Shown piece by piece: positions 1 to 10,065 of a stretch of 21,047 nucleotides of DNA. The translations under genes and the position numbers were made by a program. The notes under the pieces were generated by a model. It ran no database searches, had not been told where the DNA came from, and saw only the letters and a program-made list of their open reading frames with translations. Positions within the stretch are counted from its first letter, which is position 1, and every line of letters begins with the position of its first letter. The stretch comes from Ginkgo biloba. Its lineage: Eukaryota; Plantae; Ginkgophyta. The stretch covers positions 16,813,930-16,834,976 of the forward strand of contig JANKJI020000004.1 in assembly GCA_024626585.2 (NCBI GenBank). Direction: 5' to 3'.

Positions 1-1339
1 TCCATTTTCGAGTTACTTTACGCAGGGAATCTGAAATTTTGGGGATCTATGGAATCCCCAATGTAGCTCTGATCAATGGTATTAAGGGATGTATCGTGGA
101 AAGATATGGAGTGCTTGGCAGCAGTCCACTGCAGATAAACCAATTAATTTGTATTTGCTGCCTTGTTCCAATAATGCAGTCATATGTAGAATGGAAGAAA
201 TGTGGGGTTTCGACTGGAATGAAGATAAGCAGTCCAATGTTTCCTTGAAATTGTGGTCCTCTAAACTTGAACCAATGAAAAAAGGTCTTTGTGGTAACTT
301 CCATTACAAAGTCCTAATACAAAGGCTAAGCACAAAAAGATGAAGGTACCATTGAACAATGATAAATGTGACTATTGCCAAAAAGAAGACACTAATAAGT
401 ATTTGTTCTGGGAGTGTTCTTATGTAGTTGAATGTTGGAAGTTTACGGGTCTTAATTTTGAAGCTCTGCTTAGAAGAAAATTTTAATTTTTTAAGGTGAT
501 AGATGGTGCTTTGAAACCTATTTCTGGTTTTCTGAAGACTTTGGGAGAGTAGAACTTCTATATGCAATTTGGAAAAATACATGTGAAGTGATGGTGAACT
601 CTAAAAACCACTCAGGAACCCTTCCTGGCAACTTTAACATTGTCATGATGCAGTGTTGATTTGCTTTAGGATTTTTTGTTGGAGCAAGGCTTTGATCAAG
701 CTACATCTCTATTATGCTATGTTTCTCTTTTTTACTTATTTCCTTGGTGATCAGACTGTTAACAAGGCATCAATGGAAGGGGAAGATTTGTTAGAGCTGG
801 AGGCAGAGCCTTCGGAGCTAGAGGTGGAGCCTAACGTGCTGATAGAAATCAGTCCATGTATGTATTTAAAGGGGATCCACAGGAGGGTGGTGGAGATGAT
901 GTTATACATCAGTGTCATGATGAACAGGGTAACAATTGGGTGCCTCAGGATAATAATCAGCCTATTCAAGAGGGCTGTCACAACAATGTCCAGCATGATC
1001 TTCGACAAGATGCCCAGAATGTAGTCAAGCACAAGTTGGTAATGAGAAGTAGCTTTGCAACCACAGGAAAGAGCCTTCCGGCTTAATAAACCGATTAAGA
1101 TTCCAGCTACTGTGGAGAATCATGGAAGGAACACAAATCTTNNNNNNNNNNNNNNNNNNNNNNNNNNNNNNNNNNNNNNNNNNNNNNNNNNNNNNNNNNN
1201 NNNNNNNNNNNNNNNNNNNNNNNNNNNNNNNNNNNNNNNNNAATGTATCCATGTACCTAGATAAGGTATGGTAGTTGGCTTGGTTGTCTCCCCAGTTAGG
1301 ATAACATCATTAATGAATGACAATGTCTCATTAATCAGG

Positions 1340-2038
1340 AGGGTGATTATAGTTTCCATTGTGTATAGGATCTTACATAGCCAAAAATTTGGAAGGATCC
1401 CCTATTCTTTTGTACTAGTAATATAGAGGTGTATCAAGGGGATGCAATTTGACTGGGCACATTATGTATTTGATGGGATGATCAACTTACTTAATTATAT
1501 CTACTAGAAGGGATATAGGAATTTGACATACAACTCATTTCCATAGGTGTGGTTGTTCAAGAACTCTTATGCCTTTCATTTGACAATATTTTCTCTACTC
1601 CAAATTGCTTATGATCAACCCCTAATTATAATATGGCACATGATGTCATGATCATCACCTTGACAACCTTCTCATAAATAGAAGGGGGATGTATATTTGG
1701 ACTTAATTTCCTTATAGGATGATACATAGATTATGGATCTGTATGTGGGAGTCAATTGGGACTCAGATATAGATGTGTCAGAGCTAAAATGTGGAGAGGA
1801 GGTATTAGGGACTGTTGAGGTAGGTGGAGATGCACCAGTGCCTCCTATAAGTAGTGAAATAGGAGGAGAGGTTCATATTCCTCTAGTTGTTAGTGTTGAT
1901 AAGGGAACAATAATTCCCCTTATAGGCAATGCTAGAGCTAGAAGAGTGGCCTTGGAGCTGAGTCATCTGTACAAGCAGCTTGGCAAATGGAAAGAAACAG
2001 CTACTGACAGTGGTCTTCAGCCTGATTGTGATTTTTAA
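1340..2038 (+). mobile_element. Degenerate accessory ORF, probably from an LTR retrotransposon
   Basis: One frame reads IVYRILHSQKFGRIPYSFVLVI*RCIKGMQFDWAHYVFDGMINLL with several stops. It is the same frame as the acidic, low-complexity ORF 1733..2038. The F-D-W-A motif resembles extra ORFs of plant LTR elements; this recognition is tentative. Confidence 0.3.
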
Positions 2039-3124
2039 CTTGATCTGGGCAATGAAGATGGAGCTCAGAGTGGAAGCTCCTCCAAAACTGCTATATAGTT
2101 TAGTCTATGTTGGCTGAGTTCTTTTTGTCATGGTATGTCTTATGTTACAGTGGCTACTTAAAATATGATTATCTGGCATAAGTATTGTTTTCAATGTAAT
2201 GTCCTTTGTGTACTATGTTAGTGTTCATTTTGAGTCCAGCAGTTGGTATCAATTTGGGTCAATTTGATGCAGATTTTGTATGGTCTGTTATAGACTGTTT
2301 TATCTTATGTATAGGGTTTACTGTGATCTGGTCAGAACATTAAGGGCCCACTTTTTATGAATTCTCTCTTCTCATCAAGATAATACAAGCTATATTTCAA
2401 ACTTTAAAAAAAAGAAGAATTGTAACCGACAGTTTGTTCTTCTTCTGTCATTTTGTGAAATAACCACAACATGCCGTCTCTTGCAGAACATATTTTATGG
2501 CAGATTGTTATTTACTTTTCCAGACTACTGTAACATAAGCCTTCCTTTTCTCACCTCTTGTTCTTTGTTATGGATCACTATTCTGAAATCGAATCTATTT
2601 AATGAGCTGTAAAGTTTGCTGAGATTTTGATCCAGTAATATTTTTTTTAATTAGGAACTGTGATAGATTACTTGACCATCCATAAAGTGAATAATAGAAT
2701 GAACCTAATTTCTTAGTCCTTCATGTGGTTGCTCGTAAGGTTTGTAGTTCAGAGGTCCTTCATTAAGTGGTAAGGAACCTCCTTACCAGTGAAAGACACC
2801 TCTTTAGGTTACTTTTTAACCAAGTCTAGTTACTAGTTGGCAAAAGCCCTTGCTTCCCAGAATCTTCTGAACATTTAACATAGAAGATTCAACAACATCA
2901 TGTGACAATGGCCATTATATTAGATTTGACAACGACTACAAACTATTTTAAATTTGAATAAACATGTATTTGTATTTCCTCTAATTTATGGACTGGATCA
3001 TAACAGAAAGGATTAAATGCAAAAAAAAGTATCACATGACGATGTTGCACAAAAATAATAAGGAGATAGTATTTGAAACACGCAACCAAACAAATCAGTA
3101 GACATGTGCCAGTGCATTCCATAC

Positions 3125-3344
3125 ACAAATGAAGCTGCTGATTTTAACTCCTTAACAGCAAGGACAGTTTGATCCTCCAAGGCTGCTGTTTCATTATCCA
3201 TAGCAACATCTGTATCCGACGTGATTTCATTGTCATCATTAGTATCAGTCCTACACAAACGTTTTGCCCGTACCACCGCATCTCTCCTTTCCTTACCCAG
3301 AGTAACTGCCTGCTGTCGCCTCCTTTGCCCAGCAATATTTCCCA
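3125..3344 (-). CDS. IMPA9: Importin subunit alpha-9-like, coding exon 2 (IBB-like basic region)
   Basis: Translates (V)GNIAGQRRRQQAVTLGKERRDAVVRAKRLCR...LEDQTVLAVKELKSAASF, closely matching the Arabidopsis IMPA-9 N-terminus (VGNVAGQRRRKQAVTVAKERRELLVRAKRLCR...VEELKSAV). Acceptor is ttctcag|TG at 3345/3344 (phase 1). Best donor is GT|gtatgg at 3125/3124 (phase 2); an alternative GT lies 2 nt earlier. Confidence 0.93.
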
Positions 3345-3814
3345 CTGAGAATCACACCGTTAATTTATGAAAAATGTAAGTATCAGAAAAATGTTTACAT
3401 CTTTGAAACTCTACACAAAAATATGTGTTAAAATTCAAAAGGCCGACAATCACAACAATAAGCATAGAACAATCATAACAACATTAGAGAAATGACACTT
3501 TTATTCATGGTGGTTTCAACTTATAATAATATTTTAAAATTGGCATTAGGGACTTGCTCAAATTGGGAACAGATAAGCACCCAATAAACAATCCTCTCTA
3601 GTATAAGGACTAAACTATGACTCTTCAATTATGATCTATTCACATTCTAGTAACCCTAGGCATTCCATCTCAACCTTTCAAATCCCAATGACCCTTAATA
3701 CAAGAATATTATTNNNNNNNNNNNNNNNNNNNNNNNNNNNNNNNNNNNNNNNNNNNNNNNNNNNNNNNNNNNNNNNNNNNNNNNNNNNNNNNNNNNNNNN
3801 NNNNNNNNNNNNNA

Positions 3815-3990
3815 TTCTCAATTGCATTGGGTCCAACCTTCATTGACAAAATCACCTACGATATCACAAACATGGATTGCAATGATATTATTTTGGGCAA
3901 ACCAAATCAATATGATAGAAGAGCTAAATATGATTCATACAATAACACTTATGAATTATATAAGGATGGAAAGAAATATATTATTCACTA
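3815..3990 (+). mobile_element. Ty3/gypsy aspartic protease C-terminal remnant
   Basis: FSIALGPTFIDKITYDITNMDCNDIILGKPNQYDRRAKYDSYNNTYELYKDGKKYII fits the plant gypsy (CRM-like) protease pattern F-I...DEV-CDVVPMD-C-ILLGRPWQ-DR-A--DG--NTY---KDGKK. Confidence 0.8.
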
Positions 3991-6133
3991 TACTTCTAGC
4001 TCTTGCAATTTGTTGATGACTTGTAGACAAACTTGGAAGGCAGTCAACCAAGCAGGACAACCAAAATGGATAGTACTCAATAACAAGTCATGGACAATTT
4101 ACATAGCTTTCCAGCCAAAATTTGACAACACGACGTCCCCCAAATCTACAATGATTGGCAATGGTTTACACCTGATCACATCTCTAAGATGTCAATTCAG
4201 TAGGCTAGTTTGGACTTTTTATGCAAGTTGAACTGTTATACTATGTCCCAACAACATTGGGCACAATTATTGGAATGACAATAGAAGCATCTCACTCGAT
4301 ATCCATTACCAAACAATCCATTGACTGAGTAACGTGTTTATCATTTGGTAGTTTGGATTCTTGGAGCACTAGGATATCAATTCTCCCTTTTTCTCCCCTT
4401 AATGTTAACAATCTCTTCTTTTTTATGCTTTTTTTCCTTTCATCAGTTACCATTGATTTTCTTTTGTGGACTATACCATAAATTGATCCAATTTACAGTT
4501 CAAGCACAATAATCTGGCATATCTTGCACCAATTGAAACAGGGTCAGACTCAGATCACAATGCAGAAAGTGCAACAAAAGAAAAGGCATACCCTGCTAAA
4601 ATCATAACCAAACCTTCCTCTTGGTAGAACCGAAGCCAGTAAAAGTAAGGATCTGACCCTTGGAACTAGCTATTTGAAATCCCAAACATTTCCACTAACA
4701 TAAATTTAGAACTAAGAACAATACTGCATTGCAGAAACAAGATATCCCTGTTTATGATAACCATTGAAATAACCAAACTACGGTAAATTCATAAATCACA
4801 ATGAAGGAAAAATAGCGAGACAACAGCTGAAATATGCCCAGTGTCCATGACAATGCACCAACCTTTACAAGCAGGCAACCCATCGGAGGACAAAACTCTT
4901 ACAGGAAACCCATCCAACAATAATCCACCACTTTAGAAAACCTAGCCCTAGCTTCTTGACAACTCCTTTACTGCAATGACACTCTCGTGAAAATTTTTAC
5001 AGAACAGGAAACTTGTAATAGAATGTCATGGGATCATTCTAACAATTACAAGTAGGATATTGACAAATAAAGAGAATAATGTTGTGGATTCATAAATGTC
5101 TATGCCAGAGAGCCTCCAGATCATACGACTGGAATTTGAAGTGCAGTGACTGAATTGCTGAGTCTCACACTCGAGACAATAATTTATTGATCTATTGGAA
5201 ATAATGAATCATATGATCTTATAGCAGCAACTTCTAGATTCCCATAATGCTAATAACTCGGGGGATTTACAGAAAAGAAAGAGATAAGGATCCATCACAG
5301 ACAAAAGGCCACTGCATGAACTTTACATGCAAATTCTATGGTGAGAACCATATGTTCTTCGTATTGGGATATGAGTTGCATAAGTTAGTAGTTTGTAGTC
5401 ACTACAGCTATGTGGGGAGAAGCTAATAGATCTTGAAAGGCATTGCATCTATATAAACTTATAAGTTAAATTTTAACCTGTAAATGTCAAAGGATTAACA
5501 TCATTGTTGAACAAACCTAAAGAATGAAATGGAATTAGTAAAATAGATGTAATTCTGCTAAGTATATCATATTGCATGCTTGGTACATTGCACCACCCCA
5601 AACAGGCAACAGATATTGTCTATAACTATGTACAAGTTGTTGGTTGCAAAGTTCAGTTGTAATAAAGTGAGTTAGATGCAAGACAAAATTGTTGGTTGAA
5701 AGAGGATGGTGTCAATATTGTTGGCTAGAAAATCAACCCTCTGCATGAGTTGAATTTTGAGCCCAGTAGTATTGGCCAACATATATATAAATAACCAATG
5801 TTTTAGAATATCTCGGAGAGCTGCATTGCTTTTGTAGATCTAGATATAAGTCTCTATGGCAACCTGGATTTGGTTGGGTTTAAAAAGCCATAAAAATATT
5901 TGTGCATTGATATACAATGGCGATGCTGAGCCAACATGGTAGACTAGATCTGTATAGCTTTGGTTACAGCACTACTTTGTTCAATATGGAATGTTTTCTA
6001 ATAAAATACAATGTTACTGCTGATTCTAGTGGTNNNNNNNNNNNNNNNNNNNNNNNNNNNNNNNNNNNNNNNNNNNNNNNNNNNNNNNNNNNNNNNNNNN
6101 NNNNNNNNNNNNNNNNNNNNNNNNNNNNNNNNN

Positions 6134-6823
6134 ATCATTTATTACTCGTCAAATCACGGGACATGGCAGTTAACGTATGGGATAGGCCTCTCGCACCTAA
6201 ACCCACACATTAATTATTGGCTCTCACATCCAAGTCCACCTTCCTTTCTCCCATTTATAACTTCGTTTCTCTCATAAACGCCAAATGATGTCTCATAATT
6301 TGAAATGACACAACCCTAGACAAGTCTCCTCATTTATTAAATCATTAATTGGTCATAAATTGCACCTAATAAAATCACCATTTTCAGCCTTATTAAATGT
6401 ACCTTAATTGCACCCTAATCTGCATTAAATCTGTCATTCTTGCCAGACTGCCAGTTCATATGCTAATGTCATCTACTGTACGGTCTAAATTAATGCAGTC
6501 TGTCGTAATTATGCTGAGGTAATCCTGTAATTAATGTGTAGGTCTGCTAAGATCAACCAATCATAATTACCATTGTACTTCTTATTGTGTCATAAATGCT
6601 GTCAATTTGCATTAATACATCATAAATGTCCCAATATTGCTCATTTCATACTGAAATCATTATGTTATGCTACAATTTGCCCTCCAATGGCCATCTGCCT
6701 CATGTCCAGCATATCCTGCTACATCTCACAAGAAAGTGTTCGCTTCAGTGTCCACGTCCCGTTCAGCTAGTGTCCTCACTTAAGCAAGACGAAAGGGATT
6801 AAAATTATACGGGGGGGCTCACA
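6134..6823 (-). mobile_element. Probable gypsy-type LTR (5' end at 6823, other end lost in gap)
   Basis: Minus strand begins TGTGAGCCCCCCC at 6823, a TG-start plus C-run typical of plant gypsy LTR termini. The body is AT-rich and non-coding, with TATAAAT (minus, 6253-6259) followed by a purine-rich tract. No TSD can be checked. Confidence 0.5.
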
Positions 6824-7121
6824 AATTGAATGGGGGTCTTTGGCTAACAGCCCTTCACCCTCACCCACAATCAATGCCTAGGCTCTTGAGCCTTGTATGA
6901 TAGACACTGCTACACTTCTTGAAGGAGGTTGTTGATTCGTCCCTCACCAGATTGTCATCAAATTAACCCTTTCCTCCTCTGAGGAGGGGGGGGTAGTCGG
7001 TCATCAGAAAATGATAAATTGGAAGGTACCAGTTTATCTTTTGTGGTTTTCTCATTTTTATGGATTTTGAATATCTTCAAATTTTTTGTATTTTGTATTT
7101 GTAAATATCACTACTACAACA

Positions 7122-7234
7122 CATTTGTATTGGGGTCCCCATTTGTATTGGGGTAGTTGATGCTCTTGCATCATCTGTACCATCCGAATGCTACTGACTC
7201 GAGCACTCATCTGAATGCTACTCATTCAAGCAAT
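7122..7234. repeat. Two short tandem duplications (15 bp x2; 27 bp x2)
   Basis: CATTTGTATTGGGGT at 7122-7136 and 7140-7154. CATCCGAATGCTACTGACTCGAGCACT (7181-7207) versus CATCTGAATGCTACTCATTCAAGCAAT (7208-7234). Confidence 0.85.
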
Positions 7235-7443
7235 CATCATAGACCTATTCCTCTAAGAACATTGAGGAAGGCACTCATCACCTCCACTTGTTGGATCACA
7301 TCCATCTGCTAGACTGGGGTGGCTAATGTTGATGCACCTGCATNNNNNNNNNNNNNNNNNNNNNNNNNNNNNNNNNNNNNNNNNNNNNNNNNNNNNNNNN
7401 NNNNNNNNNNNNNNNNNNNNNNNNNNNNNNNNNNNNNNNNNNN

Positions 7444-8068
7444 GACTAAAGCTACTTAAGATTTATCATAGGGTTTTAACCAACTTTGACTCCTCTTTGA
7501 CCCTATTTGACCAACTTTGACTGGGGTTGTAATAGAAAAGCAAAAGCAACACTTCGTCGAGCTTAGGGTAGCAATGCAGCAAAAAAATGTGACTTCTAAG
7601 AGCAACAAAAACAAGCCATATGTAGAAAACAAGAAAGCCAACACAAAGCATAAGATGATATATGATGTGAGACGTCTTCCTCACCCTGACTTTATACTTC
7701 TAGATGATATTTGACATCAAGTCACAAGTAGGGTTGACTTAGCCTTAAAAGCCTTTACTAAGGATTAATTGTTCCATAGACAGGTCGCGCTAGGGTTTTA
7801 GGTAGGCTTTTACCCCTTCTTTAGCTGATTTTGTGTCCCTTACAGGTTCCAGCCTCAAGTTTAGCCTACGACTAAAAAATTTACATATTGGCTTCATCTC
7901 TAAACTTTCTTCTAGAGTCATCTTTAGCAATTAAGGGTCATTTGACTTTAAGAGGCCTAATTAATGTGTCTAAGACTCTTTTCTTCTTAGTTGCAAGCCT
8001 TCTAAGTCCTTGACCAACCTTTGACTAGGTTTGACCAAGCTTTAACCAAGGTTGTCTATGTTGTAACA
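7444..8068. mobile_element. LTR-like termini with periodic TTGAC(C/T) motifs abutting the truncated integrase
   Basis: Two similar ends, ...GGGGTTGTAATA (7523-7534) and ...GTTGTAACA (8060-8068), are each preceded by TTGACY repeats. Integrase homology stops exactly at 8069. Confidence 0.5.
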
Positions 8069-8501
8069 TTCGCACCATTTTGTAGCAAAATCAATGGCAA
8101 CCAAAATGTGACAAACCCCATGTTCATTTAGCAAGAGGACTTACAGGTCACTCAAAATATATCCCCCAATGCTCGAATGGTAGTGTGTCCAAATTGGGTG
8201 AAGAAGCAGATGCATCTATTAGTTGGGTTTCCCTGCCCTTTGACATACGTCACACTTTTTAACCCATTGCTTCACATGTTTAAAGTGTAGGTCACCATAA
8301 TCCTACATGTAAGATCTTCAATGGTGTTGCATCATCGGCAACATGTCCCCCACCAAGTCCTTCATGGGCTTGTACAATTTTCGACACCTTTTGTGGTCAT
8401 GTCCCAAGTGGTATAAAGTGCCCCTAATGAGTTGATAAGGCAATGCTTTACAAGTTAAACTATTCCCCTTTCTAATTTCTCTAGCCCTAGTTGCATCTTA
8501 T
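8069..8501 (-). mobile_element. Ty3/gypsy (Athila/Tat-like) integrase remnant: HHCC zinc finger and start of rve core
   Basis: Across frameshifts and stops it reads KALPYQLIRGTLYHLGHD...AHEGLGGGHVADDATPLKILHVGLW*PTL..HVKQWVKKCDVCQRAGKP...LPFEHWGIYF...HILVAIDFATKWCE. Confidence 0.92.
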
Positions 8502-9049
8502 NNNNNNNNNNNNNNNNNNNNNNNNNNNNNNNNNNNNNNNNNNNNNNNNNNNNNNNNNNNNNNNNNNNNNNNNNNNNNNNNNNNNNNNNNNNNNNNNNNN
8601 NNNNNNNNNNNNNNNNNNNNNNNNNNNNNNNNNNNNNNNNNNNNNNNNNNNNNNNNNNNNNNNNNNNNNNNNNNNNNNNNNNNNNNNNNNNNNNNNNNNN
8701 NNNNNNNNNNNNNNNNNNNNNNNNNNNNNNNNNNNNNNNNNNNNNNNNNNNNNNNNNNNNNNNNNNNNNNNNNNNNNNNNNNNNNNNNNNNNNNNNNNNN
8801 NNNNNNNNNNNNNNNNNNNNNNNNNNNNNNNNNNNNNNNNNNNNNNNNNNNNNNNNNNNNNNNNNNNNNNNNNNNNNNNNNNNNNNNNNNNNNNNNNNNN
8901 NNNNNNNNNNNNNNNNNNNNNNNNNNNNNNNNNNNNNNNNNNNNNNNNNNNNNNNNNNNNNNNNNNNNNNNNNNNNNNNNNNNNNNNNNNNNNNNNNNNN
9001 NNNNNNNNNNNNNNNNNNNNNNNNNNNNNNNNNNNNNNNNNNNNNNNNN

Positions 9050-9542
9050 AAATGTGTGTGTGTGCGCGCGTGCGCGTGTGTGTGTTGATTTAATGAACTT
9101 CCAATAATAGTCAATTAGGCCTAAGAATCACTTCAATTATTTTGTATGCTTGGTGATCATCATAAAAGTGGGATGGATTTAACAAGGATAATGATGAAAT
9201 TTTTGTACTGCATAGTACCATTCCAGTGCCTTCCCTATCCATGACGATGCCCATCACTAACTTACCAATGGTAGACAATAAGGTCTCCACATGTTATGTG
9301 GAAAAATATGTTCCAGTCAAAAAGGGCAAGATCAATGAATGGACAATCTCCTGTTTCAATTCCTTGAACCCTTTATGTTGTGCCTCAATCCATGTCCATT
9401 CTACTCCCTTCTTCAGTAATGCGTTTAAAGGTCCAAATGTGTGTGTGTGCGCGCGTGCGCGTGTGTGTGTTGCGCGCACACGATTTAATGAACTTCCAAT
9501 AATAGTCAATTAGCCCTAAGAATCACTTCAATTATTTTGTAT
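9050..9542. repeat. ~100 bp direct duplication (9050-9147 and 9435-9542) containing a (GT)n/(GC)n compound microsatellite
   Basis: The copies are near-identical. They differ by one substitution (taggcct vs tagccct) and a 10-bp insert GCGCGCACAC in the second copy. Confidence 0.92.
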
Positions 9543-10065
9543 TTCAGGGATAGAGTACCCTACTATGAGGGAGACCCTTGTTGGGTCCATTAAGAGGCCT
9601 TAAATTGTTACATTGGGCCCTAAGAGATTATCGAATGGTACCAAAATTTGACACTTCTCTCGATTTAGGCAAAGAATACACCTTCGTCATATCTTCAACA
9701 TTTCCTTCATGTTGTCAAGATGGTTTTGTAGTACAGTATNNNNNNNNNNAACATGTAGTCCTCACGAAATGCTTCTACTTGCTTCCCAACGATATTATTA
9801 AGAATATTAAATATATCTCAATCGAAAGTGACAAATGCATTGGCTAGACCAGCACGACTCAATAAGCATGCATCCCCTATTAGATCACACAGGTTGTCTT
9901 CAACTACTCTTTTGAAATGATGCTTACTTGATTATACTTGTTATATCAATCCATGAAGAAATAAACTTCAAGCCTTATGACTTTCTCCAATATGTCTTCA
10001 ATTAAAGAAATGGGAAATGAATCCTTTTTTCTAACTTTATTTAATTCTTGACAATTGATATACTG
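9148..10065 (-). mobile_element. Ty3/gypsy (Athila/Tat-like) reverse transcriptase and RNase H remnant
   Basis: Degenerate motifs occur in order: ELNKVRKKDSFPISLIEDILEKV, FMD*YNKYNQVSI, KTT, GLANAFVTF, VEAFREDY (decayed YxDD), LNREKC...LLG...GLLMDP, FLGLIDYYWKFIK, PLNALLKKGVEWTW, DWNIFFH, REGTGMV...KFHHY...DHQA. The RT-RH-INT order with the integrase at 8069-8501 defines gypsy. Confidence 0.92.

Noticed and set aside
653-1086. Three overlapping ORFs on both strands
   Set aside because: None shows a motif I can assign; probably TE-derived or chance.
2820-2875. tgttcag acceptor on the minus strand as IMPA9 exon 3
   Set aside because: In the required phase it reads RFWEARAFAN*, with no resemblance to the expected GKG...RELRRLLS continuation.
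3013-3124. Continuation of the IMPA9 ORF (VYGMHWHMSTDLFG...)
   Set aside because: Similarity ends at the GT donor and the extension is U-rich intron read-through. The track's GTG start at 3345 is really the splice acceptor.
7109-7121. CACTACTACAAC as a CACTA transposon terminus
   Set aside because: No matching ...GTAGTG end or 3-bp TSD was found and there is no transposase remnant; it cannot be supported alone.
8455-9114. Long ORFs in the track (also 16883..17883 and the other X-filled ORFs)
   Set aside because: They are open only because they cross N-runs; these are assembly-gap artefacts.
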